Positions 32,130-44,096 of a stretch of DNA of 64,000 nucleotides are shown here, piece after piece. The notes beneath the pieces are model-generated. The model saw nothing but the letters and a program-made list of their open reading frames with translations. It did not search any database and was not told the DNA's origin. Numbering within the stretch: the stretch's first letter is position 1; each line of letters begins with the position of its first letter. The stretch spans positions 12,090,001-12,154,000 of the forward strand of contig NC_088803.1 in NCBI RefSeq assembly GCF_011386835.1, in the 5' to 3' direction. This DNA comes from Chrysemys picta bellii. Its lineage: Eukaryota. Both the position numbers and the translations under genes were made by a program.

Positions 32130-35100
32130 ATAAGAACATAAGAACGGCTGTACCGGGTCAGACCAAAAGTCCATCTAGCCCAGTATCCTGTCTACTGACA
32201 GTGGTCAATGCCAGGTGCCCCAGAGGGAGTGGACCTAACAGGCAATGATCAAGTGATCTCTCTCCTGCCATCCATCTCCATCCTCTGACAAACAGAGGCT
32301 AGGGACACCATTCCTTACCCATCCTGACTAATAGCCATTAATGGACTTAACCACCATGAATTTATCCAGTTCTCTTTTAAATACTGTTATAGTCCTAGCC
32401 TTCACAACCTCCTCAGGTAAGGAGTTCCACAAGTTGACTGTGCGCTGCATGAAGAAGAACTTCCTTGTATTTGTTTTAAACCTGCTGCCTATTAATTTCA
32501 TTTGGTGACCCCTAGTTCTTGTATTATGGGAATAAGTAAATAACTTTTCCTTATCCACTTTCTCCACATCACTCATGATTTTATATACCTCTATCATATT
32601 CCCCCTTAGTCTCCTCTTTTCCAAGCTGAAGAGTCCTAGCCTCTTTAATCTCTCTTCATATGGGACCCGTTCCAAACCCCTGATCATTTTAGTTGCCCTT
32701 TTCTGAACCTTTTCTAGTGCCAGTATATCTTTTTTGAGAAGAGACCACATCTGTACGCAGTGTTTGAGATGTGGGCGTACCATACATTTATATAAGGGCA
32801 ATAATATATTCTCAGTCTTATTCTCTATTCCCTTTTTAATGATCCCTAACATCCTGTTTGCTTTTTTGACCGCCTCTGCACACTGCGTGGACATCTTCAG
32901 AGAACTATCCACGATGACTCCAAGATCTTTTTCCTTACTTGTTGTAGCTAAATTAGCCCCCATCATATTGTATGTATAGTTGAGGTTATTTTTTCCAATG
33001 TGCATTACTTTACATTTATCCACATTAAATTTCATTTGCCATTTTGTTGCTCAATCACATAGTTTTGTGAGATCTTTTTGAAGTCCGTCAGTCTGCTTTG
33101 TTCTTAACTGTCTTGAGCAGTTTAGTATCATTTGCAAACTTTGCCACCTCACTGTTTACCCCTTTCTCCAGATCATTTATAAATAAGTTGAATAGGATTG
33201 GTCCGAGGACTGACCCTTGTGGAACACCACTTGTTACCCCTCTCCATTCTGAGAATTTACCATTAATTCCTACCCTTTGTTCCCTGTCTTTTAAAAAGTT
33301 CTCAATCCATGAAAGGACCTTCCCTTTTATCCCATGACAGCTTAATTTACGTAAGAGCCTTTGGTGAGGGACCTTGTCAAAGGCTTTCTGGAAATCTAAG
33401 TACACTATGTCCACTGGATCCCCCTTGTCCACATGTTTGTTGACCCCTTCAAAAAACTCTAATAGATTAGTAAAACATGATTTCCCTTTACAGAAACCAT
33501 GTTGACTATAGCTGAACAGTTTATGTTTTTCTATGTGTCTGACAATTTTATTCGTAACTATTGTTTCAACTAATTTGCCCAGTACTGACGTTAGACTTAC
33601 TGGTCTGTAATTGCCGGGATCACCTCTAGAGCTCTTTTTAAATATTGGCATTACATTAGCTAACTTCCAGTCATTGGGTACAGAAGCCGATTTAAAGGCG
33701 AGGTTACAAACCTTAGTTAATAGTTCCGCAACTTCACATTTGAGTTCTTTCAGAACTCTTGGGTGAATGCCATCTGGTCCCGGTGACTTGTTCATGTTAA
33801 GTTTATTAATTAATTCCAAAACCTTTTCTAGTGACCTTTCAATCTGTGACAGTTCCTCAGATTTGTCACCTACAAAAGCCGGCTCAGGTTTGGGAATCTC
33901 ACTAACATCCTCAGCCATGAAGACTGAAGCAAAGAATCCATTTAGTTTCTCTGCAATGACTTTATCGTCTTTAAGCGCTTCTTTTGTATCTCTATCATCA
34001 CGGGGCCCCATTGGTTGTTTAGCAGGCTTCCTGCTTCTGATGTACTTTAAAAACATTTTGTTATTACCTTTGGAGTTTTTGGCTAGCCGTTCTTCCAACT
34101 CCTCTTTGGCTTCTCTTATTACATTCTTGCACTTAATTTGGCAGCGTTTATGCTCCTTTCTATTTGCCTCACTAGGATTTGACTTCCACTTTTTAAAGGA
34201 AGTCTTTTTATCTCTCACTGCTTCTTTTCATTGGTTATTAAGCCATGGTGGCTCTTTTTTAGTTCTTTTACTGTGTTTATTAATTTGGGGTATACCTTGA
34301 AGTTGGGCCTCTATTATGGTGTCTTTAAAAAGTGCCCATGCAGCTTTCAGGGATTTCACTTTAGTCACTGTACTTTTTAACTTCTGTTTAACTAACCCCC
34401 TCATTTTTGCATAGTTCCCCCTTTTGAAATTAAATGCCACAGTGTTGGGCTGTTGAGATGTTCTTCCCACCACAGGGATGTTGAACGCTATTGTATTATG
34501 GTCACTATTTCCAAGTGATCCTCTTATAGTTACCTCTTGGACCAGCTCCTGCGCTCCACTCAGGACTAAATCTAGAGTTGCCGCTCCCCTTGTGGGTTCC
34601 CGTACCAGCTGCTCCATGAAGCAGTCATTTATAGTATCGAGAAATTTTATCTTTGTATTTCGTCCTGAAGTGAAATGTTCCCAGTGAATATGGGGATAAT
34701 TGAAATCCCCCACTGTTATTGGGTTCTTAATTTTGATAGCCTCTCTAATTTCCCTTAGCATTTCATCGTCACTATCACCGTCCTGGTCAGGTGGTCTATA
34801 ATAGATCCCTAATGTTATATTCTTATTAGAGCATGACATTTCTATCCATAGAGATTCTATGGAACATGTGGATTCACTTAAGATTTTTACTTCATTTGAT
34901 TATACATTTTCTTTCACATATAGTGCCGCTCCCCCCCGCACGACCTGTTCTGTCCTTCCAATATATTTTGTACCCCGGAATGATTGTGTCCCATTGATTG
35001 TTCTCAGTCCACCAGGTTTCTGTGATGCCTATTATATCAATATCCTCCTTTATCACAAGGCACTCTAGTTCACCCATCTTATTATTTAGACTTCTAGCAT

Positions 35101-36405
35101 TTGTGTACAAGCACTTTAAAAACTTGTCACTGTTTGTTTGTCTGCCCTTTTCTGATGTGTTAAACATTCACATAAAAAAGAATCTATCATCTGATCTAGC
35201 CCTTACATTATCCTCCTCCATCCTCAGCTCCTGACTATTACCTGGAGATTCTCTATCATTAGACTCTCCCCTAAGAGAAGTCTCTGTCCGATCCACATGC
35301 TCTTCTGCAGCAGTCGGCTTTCCCCCATCTCCTAGTTTAAAAACTGCTCTACAACCTTTTTAATGTTTAGTGCCAGCGGTCTGGTTCCACTTTGGTTTAG
35401 GTGGAGCCCATCTCTCCTGCTTAGGTTCCCCCCATCCCACAAGTTTCCCCAGTTCCTAATGAATGTAAACCCCTCTTCTCTATACTATCGTCTCATCCAC
35501 GCATTGAGACTCTGAAGCTCTGCCTGCCTACCTGGCCCTGCGCGTGGAACTGGGAGCATTTCTGAGAATGCCACCATAGAGGTCCTGGATTTCAGTCTCT
35601 TCCCTAGCAGCCTAAATTTGGCCTCCAGAACATCTCTCCTACCCTTCCCTATGTCATTGGTACCTACATGTACCACGACCACCGGCTCCTACCCAGCACT
35701 ATACATAAGTCTGTCTAGATGCCTCGAGAGATCTGCAACCTTCGCACCAGGCAGGCAAGTCACCATGCGGTTCTCCCGGTCATCACAAACCCAGCTATCT
35801 ATGTTTCTAATGATCGAATCGCCCATTACTAAGACCTGCCTTTTCCTAGCAACTGGAGTTCCCTTCGGGGAGAGGTAACCTCAGTGCGAGAGGTAACCCC
35901 AGCACCATCTGAAAGGAGGGTTCCAACTATGGGAAGGTTTCCCTCTGCTCCCATTGACTGCTCTGCTTCCCTGGGCCTTTCATCCTCCTCAACAGCGCAG
36001 GGGCTGTCTGACTGGAGGTGGGAAAATTCTACAATGTCCGGGAAAGCCTCATCAACATACCTCTCTGCCTCCCTTAGCTCCTCCAGTTCCGCTACCCTGG
36101 CCTCCAAAGTCTGTACGTGGTCTCTAGGGCCAGCAGCTCCTTGCACCGAATGCACACATACGCCACCTGCCCACAGGGCAGGTAATCATACATGCTGCAC
36201 TCAGTGCAATAAACTGGATAATCCCCACTCTGCAGCTGGGCTTCTGCCTGCATTGTCTCCTAGTTAATGAAAGGGTTGTTTAAGCAAGAGGTTTCAAATG
36301 TAGTTTGGTTTATAGGTTTTAAGGGGAATAAAGGGACCCCCGCTCCCTTCCCACTCCCCTTCCAAACTCCCTTGCGAAACTCCCTGTTAGCAGCCCCTGT
36401 TCATA
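32130..36405 (-). mobile_element. Near full-length CR1 LINE (~4.3 kb) with frameshifted ORF1 and ORF2
   Basis: ORF1 zinc-finger/esterase pieces (VVVHVGTNDIG), endonuclease (CLYTNARSL, IGITETWW, GDFNYP, SDHN), RT ([27 protein letters not shown]) and a (ttcttatg)n tail at about 32130. Confidence 0.96.
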
Positions 36406-36738
36406 AAAGCTGAAAGCCATGATCTTGTGGTTAACAGACTAAAATATGACTAGGAAATGCTGGCTTCCATTCCAGTTCTGTCGCAGACTCCCTGTATGAC
36501 CATGGGTAGGTCCCTTGCAGTGAGATGGAGGTGGGGGAAGACACAGAACTCATTTGGACATCTAAGTGACCAGATTTTGTACAGTGCTCTTCACTAGCTA
36601 CGCATGGTGAGATGAGATGCTAAAGTCCTTTCTCAGGCAAAGCTCCCACTAAATGAGGACACTGTCAAACAGGAGTGTCTTTCAAAGTAAGGGCTATGTC
36701 CGAGTAAGAGTTTAAGGGTTTTCCTTGAGGCTGGTAAC

Positions 36739-37095
36739 ACTCACCTTTAATCCTGATCATGAAGGAGAAACTTCTCCATCGACGGTGTTTGGTCTCAGTC
36801 AGACTTGTCCTTTGCTCGGGAGATACCTATATGTTGCTGAGGAATGGCTCTCTCTCCTGTGGCCCAGCATGATTGTTTGCATCACACAAACCCTTATATG
36901 ACTCTGGCTCTAGATCTTTGCAGGGTTTATCGAGTACAGCAGCCTCCCCCTGGGCCTTCCTGCTGCTGTGATCTCCCTTGGGCCCTGCTGCCGGTGAGCA
37001 CTTAGAGTTACTTTCTCAAGCGAATTAAAACTGTGGTGTTTGTTAAAACAGTGTAACACCAAAGCTGATACCATGAGCATTTGAATCCCAGAGGA
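36739..37095 (-). promoter_or_regulatory. Putative OR promoter and non-coding exon for the OR at 25309-26292
   Basis: Same block as 7928-8280: donor GT at 36744-36743, cccttatatgactc, and Olf/Ebf-like TCCCAGAGG at 37086-37094. Confidence 0.55.
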
Positions 37096-37299
37096 AATCT
37101 GCCCTTTCCCCCATGGTCTGTGTCTGTGCCAAGAGCCCCAGAGAATGGGAAATAAATTTCCATGCCTTTAGTAATAACATCAGGCACTAACAGACCATTT
37201 CCCATCCAAAGATCTCAAAACACAGGCTCTGACTGACAAAAACTTGGGACACCTTGATTCTTCATTTGTAGACAGTGAATAATTATTACCCTTCCAATC

Positions 37300-38367
37300 A
37301 ACCTCTCTCAACACGCTACATTTCCATAGAGATCTTAGGGTCTCCTTGTTTCTCAGGCTGTAGAAGAGGGGATTGGTTAGGGGCATGAAGACAGTGTGAG
37401 GGACAGAAAACACTTTCTTCAGGGCTCTCAGTGCACTGGTGTTTAGTAATATATAGACAACCATTAGGATCCCATAGAAAACTGTAACTATGATAAGGTG
37501 GGAGGAGCAGGTGGAAAATGCTTTTTGCCTCCTGGTGGTGGAAGGGATTCTCAAGCTGGTGGAGATGATACAAACATAGGATTCCAGGGTCAAAAGAGAT
37601 GGGGAAACAATGTCTACAGAGGAGAACATGAGGGTCACCAGGATAACCAGACAAGGGCAAAATCACCAGAAAAATATCTATTTCATTAGGGACATGGAAG
37701 GCTAATTATGACATTAAATATCATAGAATGTCAGTGTGGGAAGGGACCTCATCTAGTCCAACCCCCTGTGCAAAGCATGACCAATCCCCAGACACATTTT
37801 TGCCCCAGATCCCTAAGTGACCTTTTCAAGGATTGAGCATATAACTCTGGGGTTAGTAGACCAATACTCAAACCACTGAGCTATCCCTCCCCCCTACAAA
37901 CTAGGAATGAACTTAGCCAAGATCCAACTGCTAACTACATACAGCACCTGCCATTCATAAGGGTTGCACTGTGCAGGGCTTTCGTTAAGTATTGATTATA
38001 AGCCATCAAAGTTAATTAAAAAAACACTCAACAGTCAATAGGAAACCAAACCAATAAAACTGCACAGTACAGCCGGTATCAGAAACAGTTTTGTCCCTAG
38101 TCAGGAGATTGGCCAGAATCCTGGGCAGGATGGTGGAGGTGTAGCAGATTTACTAGCAAGCGAAATTCCCCAGAAAGAAGTATATGGGGGGTATGGAGAT
38201 GCTGATCAGCCACAACTAGTGCCACAATGGTCATGGGCTCACTCACGATGACAGTGTAGGTCACTAGAGATCAGGAAGAGAAGAATGTGCAGGTTAGGGA
38301 GATCCCTGAATCCCAGCAGCATTCATTCTGTGATCGACATTTGATTTTCCCCTTCTGTTTTCTCCAT
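37300..38367 (-). pseudogene. OR pseudogene, full span but frameshifted and SINE-interrupted
   Basis: ATG at 38367 (MEKTEGENQM), recognisable RQKAFSTCSSHL and NPLFYSLRNKE, disrupted TM3/MAYDRY region, SINE at 37721-37894. Confidence 0.92.
37721..37894 (-). mobile_element. tRNA-derived SINE with CR1-type 3' tail (tortoise PolIII/SINE type)
   Basis: The minus strand starts GGGGGGAGGGATAGCTCAGTGGTTTGAG (A-box-like), has a B-box-like segment, then ttagggatctggggcaaaa and a CR1 tail attctatga. Confidence 0.85.
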
Positions 38368-40339
38368 TCTCCATGTGATGCATCTAATGATTGAGGAAGA
38401 GTAATGCTCAGTTAAGAAGTTTGCTGTGCAATACTATGGTTTTCCCTCTATTCGAATCCATACAAATTCAGAGTCTCTGGCTCTTTCCCCTTCTTGGTGT
38501 AAACTAATAAAATAAACTTCTGCTTTGGGATGCGGTCTATTTTTGATTTTCTAGATTGTATTTGTTTCCTTTCTTTGGGGGTAAGGATTTGATTGTGGAC
38601 TTCGGAGTAGAATGGGGAGTCATTTTATATTGTTCAGTAATATCCAGATCAGCCCCATCAGAAATCACCTGAAGCACAAGACCTATTAATATTATTTTAC
38701 TATAGTGACTCCTTAAGGACTCAAATAGAGAGGGGGTCCCCAATGTGTTGGGACCTTGCACACATACAAAGGGAAAGAAAGTCCCTGGTCCTCAAAATTG
38801 ACAGAGACAAAAGGGAAGGTAGGAAAAGAGAGACATGATGTTTGGCCAAGACCTCACGTGTGGTCAGAATAAATAACAGAATGCAAATCTTCTCATTTCA
38901 AGTCCAGTCCCACTGAAGCATTGTGTAAGATATGAAATGTCACATAAAGTCTCTGGCAGTAGAGCACTGGACTTGTAACCCCTGGATATTGTGGTAATCT
39001 GGGATATTCTCCCAAAATGAACGGAGAACCCAAGAAACACAGATCATATGATATCTTTAGACAATGTCAAAAGACTTAGGAATATTATTTCAAAAATATA
39101 TGAGAAAAAGGGGGGGAAAAGACCCCCAACTCATTCTATCATAATTTATTCATAACTGGGCTGGTAGGTAAATTGCTAGCTGGTTTGACTTTCTACAGAA
39201 AAAGTGGATTTCTGAAAGGATGACACATAATGGATAAATAACCAGAACCAGAGCCCATTTAAAACCAACATTTTTCAGATGGAGAGTTTTCAGCTTATTG
39301 AAAGTATTCTGAAAAAAAATAATTTAAGAAAAGTGTTGAAAAATTTCCATAGGCAAAGAATTAAATCATCCACCACCTCTGCCTTTGTTTGAATTGAAAC
39401 ATTTGGAATATTTTCCTAAGATTGGAACAATGTATGGGAAATGTAATAAATATGGACAAGAAAGTTTGTATGGTTCTATCTCAAATAAACTAACAAGTGT
39501 TCAGAAAAAGTTTGATTTTTTTAAATGAAAGAGGAAAACAGAAGAAAAAACACATTTTATTAATGCTTAATACTCAACAGTTCCTGGTCAGGCCATCTGG
39601 TAATTTTTTTTGTTTGATTGTTTTGTTGTAGGAGAAGTGGTGAGGCACAGAAGATGAATAAGCAGATGCAAAGCCCTTTAAGGTCAACGGGAACCTTTCC
39701 CTTGATTTCAGTGAGCACTGGACTTGTTCCTCAAATCTGCTTTGAAAACTCTGAAACTCAACTGAAGGTTAATGACAACATGTCTAAAAACATGTAGGCA
39801 GGGATTTTCAAAGCAGTTTAGGAAAAGGAGGAACCACACCCCAGTGCTTTTCAAAAAGGATTGGAAGCCCAGCTGTCCAGCCCCACCTTTGAACATTTCC
39901 CCCATTCAGACTAGTGTTATACACTTACCCACACTTCCTGTTTCCCATTGCAGTAGGAGAAACCATGGCAGCCAGTATTAGAGATATTGGAATAATACTG
40001 GGATAAAAATAAAAAATGTGTTAATTCCCCATCATGCTCTTGACTGTGTTTTTCATTGCCACAAAGAAGCTGGAGCTCAGGAAGGGATTTTTTGAAATTT
40101 ATTTTGGGGCAGATCATCATATAGTTCAAATTGCATTTAATCATAGAAACCAATGCACCTATGACAATTTACACCAGCTTAAGATCTGTTTTTACCTAAA
40201 TAAATACAACCAAATGGCAGATACAACTCTAAAATATCCTCTGTATCTTTTTCCTATAACTCAGGATGCTTTGACTGATAAGAATTTGGACCACTTAGAT
40301 GGTTCCTTTATGATTAATTAATTGATTTATTAACATTAT

Positions 40340-41450
40340 TTACATTTATTAACATGACTTATGGGCAAATTAGATGTCTTCAAGTCACCAGGGCCTGATG
40401 AAATGCATCTTGGAATACTCAAGGAGCTGACTGAGGAGTTATTTGAGCCACGAGCGATTATCTTTGAGAAGTCATGGAAGATGGGAGAGATTCCAGAAGA
40501 ATGCAAAAAGGCAAATATAGTGTCCATCTTTAAAAAGGGAAATAAGGACAACCGAGGGAATTACAGACCAGTCATCTTAACTTCTGTACCCAGAAAGATA
40601 ATGGAGCAAATAATTAAGTAATCAATTTGCAAACATCTAGAAAATAATAAGGTGATAAGTAACAGTTAGCATGGATTTGTCAAAAAAAATCATGTCAAAC
40701 CAATGTGATAGCTTTCTTTGACAGGGTAACAAGCCTTGTGAATAAGGGGGAAGTGGTGGACTTGGTATATCTTGACTTTAGTAAAGCTTTTGATACTGTC
40801 TCACATGATCTTCTTATAATAAACTAGGTAAATGCAACCCAGGTGGAGGTAGTATAAGGTGGGTGCAAAATTGGTTGGAAAACTGTTCCCAGACAGTAGT
40901 TATCAGTGGTTCGCTACTCCGCTCTGATTAGGCCTCAGCTGGAGTATTGTGTCCAGTTGTGTGGGCACCACATTTAAGGAAGGATGTGGACAAATTGGAG
41001 AGAGTTCAGAGAAGAGCAAAAAAATGATGAAAGGTGTAGAAAACATGACTTATGAGGGAAGACTGAAAAAAATGGGTTTATTTAGTCTGGAAAAGAGAAA
41101 ACTGAGAGGGGACATGATAACAGTTTTTTCAAGTATGTAAAAGGTTGTTACAAGGAGGAGGAAGAAAAAATGTTTTTCTCAACCGCTGAGGATAGGACAA
41201 GAGGCAATAGGCTTAAATTGCAGCAAGGGTGGTATAAGTTGGACATTAGGAAAAACTTCCTAACTGTCAGAGCGGTTAAGCACTGGAAAAAATTGCCTAG
41301 GGAGGTTGTGGAATCTTCATCATTGGAGATTTTTAAGAGCAGGTTAGACAAACACCTGTCAGGGATGGTCTAGATAATTAGTCCTGTCACGAGTACAGGG
41401 GACTGGACTAGATGACCTCTCGAGGTTCCTTCCATCTATGATTCTATGAT
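40340..41450 (+). mobile_element. Internally deleted CR1 fragment inserted just 3' of an OR pseudogene
   Basis: [18 protein letters not shown] and RGNRLKLQQG motifs. Tail gattctatgatt at about 41440. Confidence 0.92.
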
Positions 41451-41469
41451 TTCAATCAATTTCTCAGAA

Positions 41470-42003
41470 TTTATGGGAACACCTGACTTTTCTGCAGAGC
41501 TCTCCTCAGGCCCTCCTTGACCTCTTTGTTTCTCAGGCTGTAAATGAGGGGATTGATCAGAGATGTCAAGACAGTTTAAAGGACAGAAACAAATTTGTTC
41601 AGAATTCTGAGTGCTCTGATGATGGAGATGATATAAATATAAGATGCCAGGGTCAAAAGAAATGGTAGAATGATGTTTGTGGAAGAGAAGATGAGGGTTG
41701 CCAGGTTAACCAGACCAGTGTCACTGCAGGAGAGGTTAATCATTCTGTGAGATCACAGAAGAAATGATCAATTTCATTAGGGCCACAAAAGGCTAATTGT
41801 GACACCAAATATATTATTTTAGCAAGAATGATGAATGACCTTAGCCAAGATCCAGCTGCTAGCTGCATACAGAACCTGACATTCATAAGTGTTGCATAGT
41901 GCAGGGGTTTGCATATCACTAAGTACCGATCATAAGACATTGAAGCTAGGAGATAACACTCAACAGTCAATAGGACACCAAACCAATAAAACTGAACTAG
42001 TAA
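41470..42003 (-). pseudogene. OR pseudogene, TM3 to C-terminus only, with an internal deletion of the TM6 region
   Basis: QFYWFGVLLTVECYLLASMSYDRYLVICKPLHY and FCGPNEIDHFFCDL. The KAFSTC segment and the 5' half are missing. Confidence 0.9.
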
Positions 42004-43017
42004 AACTAGTAAGAGGTAATAAGATCACAATTATTCCTTTGAGGTCATAGATTAGTCCAGGAAAGGAGAGACGAATTTAGGTGGCCCATGTTAGGAGATT
42101 CCCTATGCATCTACCAGAGGGGGGGAAGAGAAAAGATGGGGGGGCAGGGAAGAAGTCGGTTCAGCCTGCTTATGGAGCTACAGCAATAACTGCAGTTTTG
42201 TACCCCCACTTTATCACTAAATTGTTTTCTTCCTAACCAGGAGTCAGATTCTATTCTATTCACGTTCTTAAAACAATGCCCATCCCTGACTTATGTAAGC
42301 CCTGGGGCCTTGACAATTTGTCCCTTATGGACTAAACTCATTCCTCGGATTTAAGCCAGTTATGTTAAATGTTCACATTAATTTACATTTTGATAAAACA
42401 GCCAAAGTTTTATGGGTGGGGTAAAACATAGGAGTACTGTTAACTTTCTATAGCACTTTATGCTCTAAAAAGAGGTTGGTTCCTAACTCCCTTAGGCTAC
42501 CACTTTTTCACAGAGGCTTACACATGCTTTATTTGGTTATGTTGACTGAACTGTAAAACCCAACTCAGCCCTTTGGCCCCCATACCAGTCAGCTGACTCC
42601 AGGGACAAGGGACCAGGCTGGATCAGAGGTTCTGGAACAATTTTTATAGTGGGGTGTTGAGAGTCAGTGAACCAATCTGGAAACATAGGATGGAAACCAT
42701 AGGATGGAAGCCAGGGGGTGCGCTTCAGCACCATGGGCAGGAATGGTGGTGGTGGAGGGTCTGGCTGGGGCGGTGCATGACTACCATGATGGGGTGAGAG
42801 GCTGAAGATCCTCACTGGAGTGAGAGAAGATAGGAGCCCAAATGACTGGACAACACAAAGTATACGATTCACATAAAGTTGAATAAGAAATAGAAAAAAT
42901 AATACATTTATAAAAAGTTCAAAATAAATTTAAAATACTAATGAATAAAATACAAAAATATTAACAGACTTAAAAAAGGTAAAATAATAAAAACTGAAAA
43001 TAAAAGAATTGTAAAAT

Positions 43018-43364
43018 TGTAGGGATGCATAGCTCCCGAATCGCCAGTCCACAGGCGCAGCAAACTGCTCCCATGGCTACGAGGCAGGAGTGACCTTCAA
43101 TCCAGCGTTTGTGTTTGGGAAACTTATTTGGCTGATTTGATTGTACCCTCGCAGCTGGTGTTCACGCGCTCAAGAGATGGGTTCGTTATCTTATGTGCAT
43201 GTATACTGCCTGGCTTTTCTATGCGCAAGATTTGTACCAATGAGAAGCGTTGTAAGCAGGGAAGTGTAAAGAATAAAAGCCCCAGGAAAAGTTCCTGGAG
43301 GTAGAGGGGCTTTTCGGCTACCACAGACCTGGTGTTCTGTTTCCTTTCCTGCGTTGTCACCACA
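43018..43364 (+). repeat. 5' LTR, 347 bp
   Basis: TG...CA termini, CCAAT near 43236, AATAAA at 43272-43277. Identical to 47916-48262 by inspection. Confidence 0.97.
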
Positions 43365-43366
43365 GC

Positions 43367-43384
43367 TGGTGACCCCGACGTGAT
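43367..43384 (+). promoter_or_regulatory. Primer binding site, tRNA-Trp
   Basis: TGGTGACCCCGACGTGAT, 2 nt after the LTR. The same 18-mer I recall as the avian leukosis/Rous sarcoma virus PBS. Confidence 0.9.
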
Positions 43385-43452
43385 GACCCCGTACTCACCG
43401 GCTGGATATGCCGAGCGCGCCCGCGGCTGTTTGCCGCCCCTTATTCGTGAGT

Positions 43453-43644
43453 ATGGGGGTCGAACTTTCCAGTGCCCAGAAGGAGCACACAAGAGAGTTC
43501 AAGATTACACGGCAGCGATCATGCATCGTTGTCCCGGTCGCTCATATTGAGGACCCCCTAAGGGAAATAGACCGCCAGTGCCCCTGGTATCCGGACTGCA
43601 GGTCGGTATGGCTTCATGACTGGAAAACAGGTTGGAAACTTTGA
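43453..43644 (+). pseudogene. Betaretrovirus-like Gag matrix (p10-type) stub, 63 aa
   Basis: MGVELSSAQKEH...CPWYPD...LHDWK, and removing one A gives WKQVG. Matches the MG...CPWFP..G...DWKRVG pattern of MMTV/MPMV/HERV-K matrix. Confidence 0.75.
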
Positions 43645-43726
43645 GGGCATAGAGGAAGGAAAGGAGTAAGTAATTATAGGCATGGGGATTTCAAATCCCC
43701 AGGATGATAACTGGAATGGAAAAATG

Positions 43727-44096
43727 TGTATGAGACAGAGTTTTTGTACCAAGGTGCAAAGCTCTCCTTTATTCTGCAGAATAAAGCAACTCCTCCTTAT
43801 CCCTGTCTGGCTGTTATTGGCTCTCAGCCAGGTGGACCCAATATTTCGGTAACAGTTTCTGGTGACTCCGCCGGGACTCTCCTGGCTCGGACATTGGACT
43901 CCGGACGGCTGCGGCGAACTGGGAACGGCGCCAACGGGGTGTTTCACCCCTTTTCTCTGCTTCACCGCAGCCCCTGGGGTTCGTGCTCTGATAAGGTGAG
44001 TCCTAATAGGATAAGGAGACACTCTCTGGTAAAACCCTCTAAGGATAGCTCTTTGAATTATATGTTAAGTAAATGGCCTTTACCCGGTGTTTAAAA
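43727..44096 (+). mobile_element. Captured R-U5, Arg-type PBS, leader and gag stub of the ERV1-like family also present at 19489
   Basis: Collinear with about 19750-20050 and 20341-20404. U5 ends at 43854, PBS TGGTGACTCCGCCGGGAC at 43860-43877. Confidence 0.88.

Noticed and set aside
33098-36267. Long plus-strand ORFs (33767-34300, 35884-36267 and others)
   Set aside because: Antisense shadows of CR1 ORF1 and ORF2.
37721-37894. Functional tRNA gene
   Set aside because: The tRNA-like head is joined to a CR1 tail, the boxes are mutated and it interrupts an OR, so it is a SINE.
43124-43492. Minus-strand ORF duplicated at 48022-48282
   Set aside because: It is the antisense reading of the identical LTRs, with no independent coding evidence.
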